Assembly: GCA_030704615.1 (NCBI GenBank)
Contig: CM060731.1
Coordinates: 45,818,001-45,882,000, forward strand
From: Takakia lepidozioides
Taxonomy: Eukaryota > Plantae > Bryophyta
Direction: 5' to 3'
DNA: 64,000 nt
Shown here: piece by piece, positions 1 to 12,960 of the stretch
Numbering within the stretch: position 1 is the stretch's first letter
Layout: the number at the start of each line of letters is the position of its first letter
The notes under the pieces: model-generated
Seen by the model: the letters and a program-made list of their open reading frames with translations, nothing else
Database searches by the model: none
What the model was told of the DNA's origin: nothing
Position numbers and translations under genes: made by a program

Positions 1-67
1 GGAAAACTCTGGAGACGAACATGAGGGGTTTAGAACGGAAACCAGCCCTGCAGGTGGTCCTGATACC

Positions 68-2551
68 TTGGATCGTAATCTTGACATGCTTAGAATGCTC
101 CGGGAGACATTCGCAACTATAGATAATGGGGTGCAAACTGGTGATGCACATGAGGAACCGGGAGATGGAACACAGGGCCACTGGGACACAGATGGAGTGC
201 CAGAGCAGACTGATGGTGGACTGAAGAGCGATGGTGATCGTGGTGCAGCGAGTGCCTTACGTTTTGAGTAGGAGGCATCCAGGGCTTTGTATGTAGGGAG
301 TTCTTCCTCTCGATTGTCTGCTACCTTACTACTGTTAAATGCTTGTCAAACCCATGGTGTGTCAAACACCTTTGTCGATGAACTCCTTACATTGTTAGGA
401 AGACAACTGTTGCCAGCAGACAATTGCCTGCCAAAGTCCCACTATGAGGCAAAACAACTCATAATGGAACTCGGGCTTCATTACGAGAGTATACATGCAT
501 GTCCGAAAGGTTGTGTGTTGTTCAGAAGGGAGCTTCAAAATTTGGAGGTTTGTCCAAAATGTCAGGCATGTCGTTATGTGGTGGTCCTTCGACATTTCCC
601 TATCATTCCAAGGCCGCTTCCAATGTATAAAGCCAAATCCATCTCAGAGTTATTGTCATGGCACTTTAAGAATCGAAGTTTGGATGGCTTGGTTAGGCAC
701 CCAGCAGATAGCAAGGCTTGGGCCCACATTGACCAAAAATGGCCTGAGTTTGCAGCGGACCCCAGAAATCTGCGATTGGGTCTCGCATGGGATGGTGTCA
801 ATCCTTACAGTGATAAATCTAATAAATGGTCAACTTGGCCTGTCATGTTGGTAAACTATAATCTTCCACCATGGCTGTGTACTAAGCCATTTTTCACGAT
901 GTTGGCTTTATTGATTCCTGGACCACAATCTGTGGGAAATGACAATGCAGATGTTTATCTGCAGCCCTTTGTGGATGAGCTGAAATTGTTGTGGGAAGTT
1001 GGTGTGGAGGCATTGGATGGAAGTAGCCTAGTGGGGCAACAGTCATTTCGCATGAGGGCCATCTTGATGTGGTCAATCCACGACTTTCCAGCTTATGGGT
1101 TGCTAGCAGGATGCGCACACGGGGGATACAAGGCCTGCCCAGCTTGCGGCCCTAATGTTGATTCCAGGTACTCCAAGGCATGCAAAAAAGTTTTGTATCT
1201 TGGTCATAGGAGATACTTGCCTGCTATTCATCCCTATAGGAATAACTCGTCCCACTTTAATGGACATGTGGAACATAGAGCAGCTCCTATGGTGGTCACT
1301 GCAAGTGAGCAATTTGACCGGGCTACAACCAGAGAGTTGTGTGGTCCCGTGTCTAGCCGTTGGATGTATCCTATGGAACGGTATATGAAGACATTAAAAG
1401 GCTATGTAAGGAATATGAGCTGACCTGAAGGGAGCATGGCGGAAGGGTATGCTTTGGATGAGGCCCTAGGGTTTCTAACTGAGTATATGGCTGAATTTCA
1501 TGCTACAAGCCGAAGGGTGTGGGACTCCAATGAAGAAGACTCAGTTAGTGGGGAGGTGGTTGAAGGATTGGGAACTGTACGAGTCCTCACCATTCAAGAA
1601 TGAGACAGTGCACACGAGTATATTTTGCACAACACAGATTGCATGAAACCATTCCTTGAGTAAGTATGTTGCTTATCATATCCTGTGTGTTTCATTTCTG
1701 CCAATGGTATAAGCTGTAATCCTAATTTGCAATTCTCATTTGGATAGGGCCTATGAAGAGGAGATGGCACTCATAGAAGCATCCCGCACTGAGTTCAGAA
1801 CAGCATACCTTTGTGGACAAGACCAAGACCACCACAATGGAGAAATTCCATACCCAACAGATATGCGCTTACTGGCTCCATTCCATGAATGGATTGAAGG
1901 TGCTGTCCAACGCAAGGTGAGTTCAGGTGAGTCCTATGATTTGGACATATGCCATTTATGTATACCACCAGCAGTATAGTCATTGGGCTTCAAGTCCATG
2001 TATGCTTACGGCAATCACTTTCGAGCAATAAGTGATGGGACTGGCGCCAGAGACAGGGTGACATTTGATTCTGGAGTTGCTCAAGTATTCCATCAGGAAA
2101 GCGAAAACAGAGCAGGTATGTCCAGACGAGTGTTATCCCAATTGGAATATGTGGGTGTTGTAAGAGAAATAATTCAACTGGATTACGGAATTCTTCACCC
2201 AATTCTGTTCTTGTGTACATGGGTGAGGTCACACATGGTGGGCCGGAATGCCACCATGAAACGAGATGATTATGGCTTTCTCTTGGTTGACTTCAGTCGC
2301 ATGTTGCCTGGGATGGAGCAGCCCTGGACATTCCCTAATCAGGTGGAGCAAGTTTTTTTCTCGGATGAAAAAAGTTCACGAGGGAACTGGAAGGTGGTCC
2401 TTCACAAGGACCCTCGATCCCGACGAGTGGTTCACGATATTACAGAAGTGGCACTGGGTGAGGGAGACATTTATGTAGGCATGGTGCCTCCTGAAATTCC
2501 TCATAACATCATGACTGAGCTTGTTGTTTGTGTTCCTTTGAGTGAGGCAGA
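68..2551 (+). pseudogene. CACTA/En-Spm transposase (Tnp2/Transposase_21 + DUF4218 + DUF4216), disrupted
   Basis: ORF 287-1423 has IHACPKGC, HPADSKAW, DGVNPY, WPVMLVNYNLPP and DFPAY. DUF4218 (WMYPMERYM..PEGSMAEGY) is broken by a stop at 1421. ORF 1983-2660 has DUF4216-like YVGVVREIIQLDY..FPNQVEQVFF..WKVVL. Confidence 0.9.
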
Positions 2552-4275
2552 TGAATTGGCCATTGCCAACTTGAATGCACCTGCAAGGCAGAGGCGAAAT
2601 GGTAGAAGGCGGAGGCAAGCTCCACATGGGAGGTACCAAGCCAGTTGTGCTATGGTGTAGAGTTGGTTTCTGCTATTGCATGTACTTTTCCAGGGTTTAG
2701 ACTTGATACAGCATGGTACCTTCCATGGGTGGGAGTGACTGAGCTGTTGGGGTGGGCAGAATTCTGACAAACACACTTTCATTTGTGACAGTGAACCCTA
2801 AACAGTCATGAAGCTGTGGCATGAATACTTTTCTGATCCTAATCAATGGTGGCCCAATTGTGGGAAAAAGGTGAATGCATGTTGGATTATAGAGAGTAGC
2901 AGATGCAATTGAGCATAGGAACTAGGTAATGTAAGAAGTGAGTTGGGTGTTTCCTTTGAACAAATGTAGGCTGTTATTGTCAGTTGCTACCAGAAAGGCA
3001 AAGATGTATGCATGATTTGTGAGAGGCATGGATAGTGAAGGAGCAGGGATAGAGTGTGGGTCCAGATTCATCGGTGAGGGCCACATTTCAAGCACAACAT
3101 TGCCTATGATTCCTTGTGGAAGGATTGGTACAAGAAACCTGCATGGGTAGATGGTCAACTGGAAGCCGCAGCAGCAGCGGCACAATTGGTAAAATCAGGC
3201 GATGAGGGCACCTTCTTCAACACATTTCAGCCTGGTTTTTCCCCCTTATCACAATCGGCCCTAAATTTCCATGTTGATTATGCAAGTTAGCTGGTTGACT
3301 GAATCTTTGATAGATTGGAGTGACTTTGACATGATACTGCCAATGTGACAACAGGAAAGTATCCAGAAACAGGTACAAGAGATGAGGAGAAGGTGTGGAA
3401 TGAATGAATACTTTCTGATTGGTCAAGTTTAGGGAGTGTTCAACACCATGGCTGAACAAGATGTGGTGTGTCGTGGAGCGCGATGCTTGCAGGATGTGCA
3501 CAGCAGTGAAGTGGGATGGAGCCTTTAAATTGCTGAATTGGCCATTACCAACTTGAATGCCCCTGCAAGGCAGAGGCGAAATGGTAGAAGGCGGAGGCAA
3601 GCTCCACATGGGAGGTACCAAGCCAGTTGTGCTATGGTGTATAGTTGGTTTCTGCTATTGCATGTACTTTTCCAGGGTTTATACTTGATACAGCATGGTA
3701 CCTTACATGGGTGGGAGTGACTGAGCTGTTGGGGTGGGCAGAATTCTGACAAACACACTTTCATTTGTGACAGTGAACCCTAAACAGTCATGAAGCGTGG
3801 GCATGAATACTTTTCTGACCCTAATCAATGGTGGCCCATTGTGGCAAAAAGGTGAATGTCTGTTGGATTACAGAGAGTAGCAGATGCAATTGAGCATATG
3901 AACTAGTTGTTTGAGAAGTTGAGTTGGGTGTTTCCTAGAACAAATGTAGGCTGTTATTGTCAGCTGCTACCAGCAAGGCAAGATGTAGCATGATTTGTGC
4001 AGAGGCATGGATAGCTGAAGGAGCAGGGATAGAGTGTGGGTCCAGATTCATCGGTGAGGGCCACATTTCAAGCACAACATTGCCTATGATTCCTTGTGGG
4101 AGAATAGCTACAAGAAACCTGCATGGGTAGATGGTTCAACTAGAAGCCGCAACAGCAGCGACACAATTGGTAAAATCAGGCAAGCGGGCACCTTCTTCAA
4201 CACATTTCACCCTGTTTTTCCCTCTTATTAGAATCGGCCCTAAATTTCCATGTTGAATTCTGCAAGTTAGCTGGT
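2552..4275 (+). repeat. Tandem direct duplication (~740 bp: 2552-3295 and 3534-4275) of a PDF-motif gene fragment
   Basis: Near-identical sequence at an offset of ~982 bp. Each copy is followed by PPR fragments. Confidence 0.9.
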
Positions 4276-4630
4276 GGTGGACACATGTATAGCAAATGGG
4301 AGCACTGAGGATGCGTGTTCAACACTATGGCTGAACAGATTGTGCGTTTGTAGTGCGTGTGCAAGTCTGGTAGCTTTGGATGCATCACCAAAGTTGGAAT
4401 TGTAACAGATGCGATCCAAATGTGGGGAGCATCAAGGGTATGCCAAAATGCCTCGTATGCCAAATGTGGGAGCATCAAGGGCAAACCTGGCAGCTCTGGA
4501 AAAAGGGAAGAGGTCCATGGCTTCATTGTCAAAGCTGGAATTCTACTTGATGTGATTCTGAACAATGCCCTCGTGGACATGTATGCCAAATGTGGGAGCA
4601 TCAAGGATGCAAAGGCAGTTTTCCAACACT
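2810..4630 (+). pseudogene. PDF-motif + PLS-PPR gene fragments
   Basis: KLWHEYFSDPNQWW..KK|gt, intron, then GPHFKHNIAYDSLW..KPAWVDGQL. PPR remnants RVFNTMAEQDV (~3430) and NALVDMYAKCGSIKDAKAVF (~4560-4625). Confidence 0.75.
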
Positions 4631-5676
4631 ATGGCTCTTGGAGTGATTTTGACATGTACCAGCGAAGGGGAGAAAGTGGGGCCCTCAGTAGACGAGTTGA
4701 AAAGCACTAGTTAAAAAACACTGGGCTTGATAGGGTGGGGCAAAATTCAGGCTGGGGTGATCATTGATATCCCGGACGCAATGTAAAAAAGACTGTTGTG
4801 AGTGAAGGACACCCGTAGCAAAAAAACCCTGCTGTCTCAAAAAAGGGGTAGTCACAAAGAGCAAGGCACTTTGTCCAGCTTCTCGAATCTAGCAACAATG
4901 TGGACATGGATTGAGTCATTGGGAACAATTTATGTAAGGTGGCGAAGAAAACCTTGTCTGAGGATCACTATTTCTCTAGTACGGTTGGACTAGTAGTAGA
5001 GATTGAAATCCGTGCTCAGCTCAGCTTCAGACTGTCTCATTGTGAAGGGTCACGTTGACTGGACAGAAATGGGATTGACATTGCCGGGCTCCCAAATCTC
5101 TGAGACGACATGTGGTAGTTTTATCTATAGCTTCTCAAAGCAATTGTTTTACATTGTTCATTATAGTGTGACATTCTCATAACGATATTGTCGTCAGCTG
5201 CATGAGCAGTGCATCTTTTTGGATTGTTGGTCCCCATAACCCTAATAACCTTTTGAACTTTTTAAATTCTCTAAACAAAAGTCTATGTGTTATGTCGTCC
5301 AGGCATGTTGAATAGAGGTGGAGTCATTTTATCCATCCATCTTCCACCTGGATGGTCAATGGGCCAAGTCATATCCACCTTGATGGTCAATGTGCCACGC
5401 CATATAGTTGCCCCAAATTCCTGTAGGACATCTGACACTCACCTCACACTCCATGACTCATTTGACACTCATGTCAAATGCCCCATATGAATTATCTTGG
5501 TCAACATCTGTTGACCGTATGGGTGTCGTTCGAGTGTGAAAATGTAAACACCATGTGGCTTTCCTACAATGATCCAAATCACACCTTGCCTCGTCTCACA
5601 TGGTGTAAGAAGAGCCGTTCAAAGTGCCAGGTGGAACTATGGGTGGTGTTGGAAAAAACCGGTTTCTGTAGTAGTG

Positions 5677-6690
5677 TATGTCAAACATACATAGATCCAA
5701 GGATTAACCAAATATGATATCGATACAAATTAGTTTAGAGGATGAACCATTCGTTCTTCATTGACTTGAATTTTGATCGTTCTCAAACTTTGTGGGTATG
5801 TTGAACATACCTATATACAAGCCCTGACCTAATATGAGTTCGATACAAATTTATTTACAGGGTGACCCACTCATTCCCCATCAACATGAATTTTGATCGT
5901 TCTTAAACTTTGTGGGTATGTTGAAAATACCTAGAAGAAGCCCCGACCGAATATGTGATAATTTATTTGCAAGATAAATGAGTTATTCCCCATTGACAAA
6001 GATTTTTTTTTCTCAAACTTTGTGGATATGTTGAACATACCTAGATATGAGCCTGACCAAAATATGAGATCGATAGAAATTTGTTTCAAGGGTGAACGAG
6101 TCATTCCCCACCGACACGGATTTCTCTCTTTCTCTAACTTTATGGGTATGTTGTACATACCCACATACAAAGCCCTGACCAGATATGAGATCCATCGAAA
6201 GTTACGAAGAGAGTAATCGATTTGTTGCTCATTGAAATGTTTTTTTTTTTCGTTCTCAAACTTGGTGGGTATGTTCAAGTTGCCCACTTACACGTCATGG
6301 CCAAATATGAGACCAATCTAAATTTGTTTAGAGGGTGTATCATTCGTTGGATCCCCATTGACATGATTTTTTATCGTTCTCAAAGTTTGTGCATATGTTG
6401 TACATGATTACATACAAGCCATGACCAAATATGAGGTGGATAGAAATTTGTGTAGATGGTGAATGAGTCGTTTCCCATTGACATGAATTTTGCTTCTTCT
6501 CAAACTTTGTGGGTATGTTGTACATCCTAGATAACAAATGTTATCAAATATGAGATTGGTCGAAATTTGTCTTGGCGGGTGGAGTGAACGACTTGTTCTT
6601 CGTTGACATGATTTTTTTCTATCTCAAAACTATGTGGACATATTATATATACCCACTTACACGTTATGACCTATGAAATAAATTTGTTTA
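5677..6690. repeat. Tandem repeat, ~120-bp unit, ~8 degenerate copies
   Basis: Motif TTCTCAAACTTTGTGGGTATGTTG recurs at about 5780, 5900, 6010, 6130, 6254, 6377, 6497 and 6621. Confidence 0.85.
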
Positions 6691-7389
6691 GAAGATATTA
6701 CCATTGTTTTGGTTTTGAAACATTATTAGTCAAATTATAGTATAACGTTTCACTATTAGTTTCGAAATTGCAATATATATTGCAACATATCATTTCTAAT
6801 CACAGCTACTAATGTTTGAATTAGAATGTCAAACCAAACAGTTGTGTAGTGAAAGTCTTGCTACTAATACTTAAAGTTGTCATTACCATCAACAAATTTC
6901 ACTACGCAATCATGCTAAAAATATTGAAAGAATGTCAATAATGAAATTTATAGTGAAACTCTAGTGGTGTTGAGAACCGTGTTTTCATTTCTGGCGAATT
7001 TTCGCAGCATTTCGACCTCAAAAAATAAAATGGAATATTCTGTCGTAAATTTCCTGTCTTCTCATGGATGAAATCGCCAAATTTCTCCAAAATAAAATAT
7101 AATTTCAGGGGATGAACAGAAAATATGGCTATTTCTTGCAAAACTCAGTAGCCACTCCTGCTATTTTACAAATTTCAAAAAAAACCTCTGGTGTGTTGTA
7201 GTGACTAAAAAATACGAAAAATAAACACGTTGCTAGAAAACAATAACCATAATAGTGCCATGTCGGCTGAATACAAAATATATATAATCAGAAGTCTAAT
7301 TACATCTTGTATATATTTTAGATATATCTAACAAAATTGAGACTACCTCTGTTGGTGGTTCCATATATTTTGAAAGTTGTTTTAGTAAA

Positions 7390-8465
7390 ATTGGAATCGC
7401 TAGTGCTGACAGTCCCATATTTACTTAAATTAAACTCAAACCGCTAGTGCTAGTGGTTCCATCTATTTTCAAAAAATTCGATTAAGTTGGTGGTTACGTT
7501 ATATTTCCAAAATATATATATTAATTGGGAACGGCTAGTTCTGGCATTATCGTTATACTACGAAACTATTTTAAATAACTTAGGGCCACCAGAACTATTA
7601 TATCTAAAAAATATTTATAATTATAATTATAATCTAGGAAATATTTAAATTAAATTGGGACCGTCAGCTTTGGCAATCCGGATTTAATTCAATAAGAATA
7701 ATAATCATAATCATAAATCGAGGCCGCCAGCTTTGGCGGTTCGCTAGCGGTCCCATCTTATTATTTTAAGAAAAAACTCTAGATCATTAGCTCTGGCGGT
7801 TTAAATTTTTTACTAAAAAATGTGACTGCTAGCTTTGACGGTCCCGATTTTATAAAAAAAGAAAGATATAAAAACCTTAGGACCGCCAGCTCTAGTGGTC
7901 CGCTAACGATTTTAATTTTACCAAAAAATAAAATCAGGACCGTCCACTCTGGAAATCCCGTTTATACCAAAAAACAAAAACATAATCGGGATTACAAGCA
8001 CTAGCGGGCCATTGTTGGCCCCCATTTCACTAGAAAAAAAAAAAAAAAGAAAAACTGGACTGCCAGCTCTGGCAGTTCCGATTATACTAGGGAAAATAAA
8101 ATAAAAAATGGAATTGCTAACATTGGTGGTCCCGGTTTTATTAATAAAAAAAACAAAAATGGGACCGTCAGCTCTGGCGGTCCATTGGCGGTTCCAATTT
8201 TATGGGAAAAAAAAAGAAAAAAAAATCGGGTCGCCAGCCTGGTGATCCATTGGCGGTCCCAATTTAATATTAAAAAAAATCGGGACCGCCAGCTCTGGTG
8301 TGTCAATCTTATTAAATGGACAAAATAATATAAAGTCAGGACCGCCAGCTCTGAAAGTCCATATTTTATAAAGAAAAAAAAATTTTGGGATCGTCAATTC
8401 TGGCGGTCCCGATTTTAGTTTTTTTAAAATAAAAATGAGGACTTCAAGGTCCGGCGGTCTTGATT
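7390..8465. repeat. Array of palindromic GGGACCGCCAGCTCTGGCGGTCCC-type motifs with A-rich spacers
   Basis: About 18 degenerate copies at ~50-60 bp spacing, e.g. 8161 GGGACCGTCAGCTCTGGCGGTCC. Confidence 0.85.
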
Positions 8466-9906
8466 TTATATCCACGAGAATAGGCTTTATTGCCAGTCAA
8501 TGATGTGGTGTGAGCGCAAATTTGTGGCACGTGGGCAAGCGTGAGCCTACTCTCACAGGTTCACGGTCTGGGCTTACGACCTAGCTTCGTCCATAAAAAG
8601 ATAGAAACACGCGGTTCTCCTTGCCACTTGTCAATGACAGTCCCATATGCATAGTGAGCCCTTGAAGTGCTGGAGGAAACCTTGATTTGTCTATCTTCAA
8701 CTCTACTATAGGAACCTTGACAGTGGACCCTAACATTCCCATTTCCTCCATGGATTGTGCATGCCCAGTAGCATCGCACAATGGAATTTGAGAGTTATGT
8801 AGGTAGTACTACGATTCAAGACCCACATCCATACCGAAATCGAAACAAAATGGGGGTTGGGAGTCATGCTTCTCCTGCACCCGAGCCAGCTCCTTCCGTC
8901 TCGTACTATAGTGAAAGTTGTGAGGTTGGGGAAAGACTGGCCACCTTATCAATCTTCCTAGCTACTTCAACTCCAACAAGCAATCCATTCAAGCAATCTA
9001 CATTTTGATCCACTTGTAGGGAATTTGCACCTACTGAGACCACGCCCACGCAGCGATCATCGCCACTTGAACAGACAAATATGCAGGTATAGGGAGTGGG
9101 GCAGAGTCACCCGAACCCATAGCGATTTGGCTGAATCTTCCTACCACCCTCATTGAATTGCATTCACCCACAGCGCACCTTGAGCATGCCTTACTCCCCA
9201 TATTTTCTCCCTCCCTCACAAAAAAAATGACTTCAACGTAGGTGAGTCCCTTCTATAATGGTTGTGAACTTACAACATTTTCAATCACTCAAGCCTATAC
9301 ACTTGAAGACAATGAGGGATCACAACAGGTAAGTATTATCAATGCGAAGGTGAAGGGGACAAGGTTTAGCCACAAATCGACAATAAAAGTTGAAGGCCGA
9401 TTCGATGGGCATGAACGGCCCCTGCCACCATTGCAATGGCAACCTGCGCACACACTAACGGCTAGTCAAGCTCCCAACAACGTGCAAGACTCGAGTGGCA
9501 AACGCGGGCAAAAGAGCTATGTAAGAGAGAAAGAAAAAACGCGGGAGATCTGCTCTCACACCGCAAAACAGACCCCGCTGCATTTGATGCCAGAAATCAT
9601 AACCCTAATGGAAAAATCTAGAACATTGCGCATTGGATTCATGTCCGGCAAGTGGATGGCACCCATAGCCTCAAAATTGGGGCCAATAATTCATCAAAAT
9701 ATGCAAAATCCATAGGACAAAAAAAAAAAAAAACCCAAAACGGCCGAATGGGTGCTTAATTAGGGGTAAATTGAGGATTAGAGGGGGGAGCGGGAATCAC
9801 CTCACTCACCTCGTCCAAGGGTGAATTAGGTGTTGTTCCAATGTATCACACCATACTGCCGAGCCGGCGGGAGCGGCAAGTCAGTATGTGCTAGACTATA
9901 GCCCGT

Positions 9907-10250
9907 CACTAGAAGAGAAACCGGCTTTTTCCATGGTTTTTTCCATTCTTTTTGCTGTGGAATCAGCTGCATCCCACACCTGTCGTGGGTGTAAGAAACG
10001 ACTAGTGCTTTTGGACACCCCGTGGACGGCTTGGCTCTCGGGTGGCCCTGTGGAAAAGTCCACAGGAGGTTTTTTCACGGGGTGCATGGTGACATGGCCG
10101 ATGGCATAGCTGACATGGCAAAGTGTGAAAAAAGCCAGTGTGGCATGTTTCACGACGGATTTCACACCTTGAACAAGCCACTATGCGACACGTGTCATAT
10201 TTCACACCTTCGATAAGTCACTATGCAACACGTGTTCGTTCCTGTGTGGT
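9907..10250 (+). mobile_element. CACTA element terminus (TIR plus subterminal repeats)
   Basis: CACTAGAAGAGAAACCGGCTTTTTCC at 9907 resembles the reverse complement of the 5676 terminus (CACTACTACAGAAACCGGTTTTTTCC). Short inverted subterminal repeats follow. Confidence 0.65.
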
Positions 10251-10489
10251 GGTATGCATTAATTAATTATTAATTGATTTCCAATATTAAATTTGAATAT
10301 TAATTGATTTAATTTATTGTTATTATGATGATGATGATTATTATTATTATTATAGGAAAAATGGACAGTGGCATGAGAACATTATTAAATAACAAAATAT
10401 TGAAATTATATTTTTAGAAATTATATTTATTCGCTCAGATACCAAAACATACCCTTTGCAGGGAAGGAGAGTTTGCCTTAGTGTCTATG

Positions 10490-10605
10490 CTGAGTTGCGT
10501 CTCCTACTCTCAATCTAATAGGCATTCACCTTTTTCCCTCGGTTGTCCCACCCTTGACTGGGGTCAGAAAAGCATTCATTCCACAGCTTCTCCTCATCTC
10601 TGTTA
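10490..10605 (-). pseudogene. PDF-motif exon fragment with start of intron
   Basis: Minus strand reads RDEEKLWNECFSDPSQGWDNRGKK|gtgaatgcc, homologous to 2810-2875 and 28445-28530. Confidence 0.75.
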
Positions 10606-11285
10606 TGTCGTACGCATACATATCGCTACACAACTACATCGTTGTCCAAAACCACACAACACATGTGCACACCACACACTAGTATACCACTAGTCCAACC
10701 ACTAGGCTACAACTAGTCAGTCACTAGGCTGCCACTATGCTGCCCACTATGGCAGTCACTAGTCCACACAATCGCCCCGATAAAGAAGAAGAATACAAGC
10801 ACAAGCTCATGCGAGTTCACAAAGCTGAAGCATAAACTCATGCATATATAACCTCATCACTCAAATAGAAGTCAAGCCAAGTGCACCCCACGCCATGGGG
10901 AATCCACACTACGGCGCCATAGCTAGGCGCGGTGAGGCTCAACTCGAGAAAGATGAGCCTTCCGCGCTTGCCGTGAAGATAACCACTCCAGGGCCTAAAT
11001 CTGCCTTGACCCCTGGATTGACACTTGGGCCAATCCCAAATGTCAATATGTAAAAGCTAGCTATTTCCTAGCTAGTTTCACACTAGTGGTAAAATAACTT
11101 GACAACTGTCGTGCGCATACATATCGCTACACAACTACATCACTGTCCAAAACCACACAACACATGTGCACACCACACACTAGTATACCACTAGTCCAAC
11201 CACTAGGCTACAACTAGTCAGTCACTAGGCTGCCACTATGCTACCCACTATGGCAGTCACTAGTCTACACAATCACCCCCTTAGC
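10606..11285 (-). mobile_element. Pair of 165-bp TG...CA LTR-like repeats (10606-10770, 11107-11271); TRIM-like or LTR remnant
   Basis: Two near-identical direct repeats. On the minus strand each starts TGTGT, ends CGACA and is preceded by a PPT-like GGGG(C/T)GAT. Confidence 0.65.
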
Positions 11286-11504
11286 TGGTGCTTAGGTCCC
11301 TCTAAGTCCAGGTAGCCTCAAGATGTGATAGTGACCATAGCCTCACTAAGTCCTCCACCACTATCCCTACTACACTCAAACTCGATAGATCAAGAGGCCG
11401 GGTGCAAGAGTTGCCCCATCGTTAGTCGCCGTCTTGCAACTTGTGAACTTGAGCTTGGGATCTCATGTATTGACTCCTATTAGCTTGGCCTCCCATTTGG
11501 CCGA

Positions 11505-11785
11505 GAGCCGGATTTGCCTGCAGCCATTCGTAGGGACACTGCTCAAGTCCTTAACCTTGACGATCCGGACATGTGGGTACGTGCATGTGATCAGCGTGCA
11601 GAGTTGTTCAAGAAAGTCATGCCCATGGCTTTTGAGAACCTTGCCATTGCACAACACCGTGATACGTTGAGGTATGTCACTATACGTGGTGGAGGATATC
11701 GTCCTGGGGTTCGGAGGTTTAGCCCTGGTGACTATGTTTATTTGCAGCAGACTGCTCCTACGACTCTGGATGTTACTGCAGCTGT
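11505..11785 (+). pseudogene. Ty3/gypsy integrase C-terminal fragment
   Basis: ENLAIAQHRDTLRY...RRFSPGDYVYL is the post-core helix plus 'F..GD.V.L' motif of gypsy integrases. Confidence 0.7.
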
Positions 11786-12918
11786 GAGTGAACGGAGTGC
11801 CGTGAGGTGAATTGCTTTGAAACATTTGTGGATGGGAAGAGTGGGAATATTGAAGTTATCATGTATGTCATTGATACTGGCGTTATGAATGCCGCCTCGA
11901 GTACCGGCGGTGATGACGGTTAATGGGCCATTTTAGCCATACCGTCGGATTGCAAGGATAAGCGGGGCATATTTTTGACGTTTTTCTAAAATCGAATCAT
12001 TGGGGTGGCCAACGTGACAAAATGTGAATTCAATGAAATGGATAGTGAATTGTGGGGATGGTGAGGTGGGGGGTAGGGTGTTAAGGGTAGGCCTTGTACA
12101 AGGAGTATGTCCGGGCAAAGCCTGGCAGGGCATGAGCATGGTGATCGGGTACATATGCATGGTAGCAGCCAGGGTGGCACGATGTGGTCGGGTGGCCGAC
12201 CTTGGTAGGTGCCAGCGTTTATAAGCGAGAACCATCTGGTTTCAGCACGGTTTAGAAAGAGTTTATGGAGATGCCAAACTGCCTGGTTGTGTCGTGTGAT
12301 ATGAAGGTCGTGTATGATCGGGTGCGTACATTGGCTGAGGAGATGTGGCCAAGTGTCACGAGCTTGGTGAGTGGTTGAGCACAATGGACAGTATGGGGAT
12401 GGGAACATATGCGGCCAGAAGATGTGTTTGCGCCGGTGACCCATGTATTGGGCGTATCTGAATTTGAGTGTTTGTCGGATTGTGCGTCAGTAGTAGTTTT
12501 GGTTAGCCAGAAATGATTTAGAGTTTATGGTGCAATACACTTGATTGAGTCCATTTTTGGATGTGTACTTTGGTGTGGCTGATGGAGGCTGCAGCTTGTT
12601 TATTTGCTTCTCGGGGGGTCTGGTATGGGGTGTATAAACCAGAAAGGGTGGGTGTGGGCGATGTGGATAGGGTCATCATTGGGTACAACTATGGGGTGGG
12701 AAGCGCCGAGTTGGGCAAGTAGGTCTGCTTCTTCATTACCATGAATGCCAGTGTGCGAACGGACTTTGAGTATATGGACTGGGTGGTTGATGACAACGGC
12801 CCTATGGACAATATCGGAAATAAGGTTGCGGTCGGGGTGGTGATGATGGGCAAGGGGGCGAGAGATGTGGTTACGGATGAGGAATAATGAGGTAAGGCTG
12901 CCAGTGAAGATGTAGTAT

Positions 12919-12960
<42 letters not shown>

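Larger units (their letters stand above)
1..5676 (+). mobile_element. CACTA element, right part, ending in a 3' TIR
   Basis: GGTTTCTGTAGTAGTG ends at 5676 (reverse complement CACTACTACAGAAACC), downstream of the Tnp2 gene. The left end lies outside the window. Confidence 0.7.

Noticed and set aside
12919-12960. Poly-proline tract in RNase H
   Set aside because: It comes from a ~40-nt G homopolymer, so it is likely slippage or a sequencing artefact.
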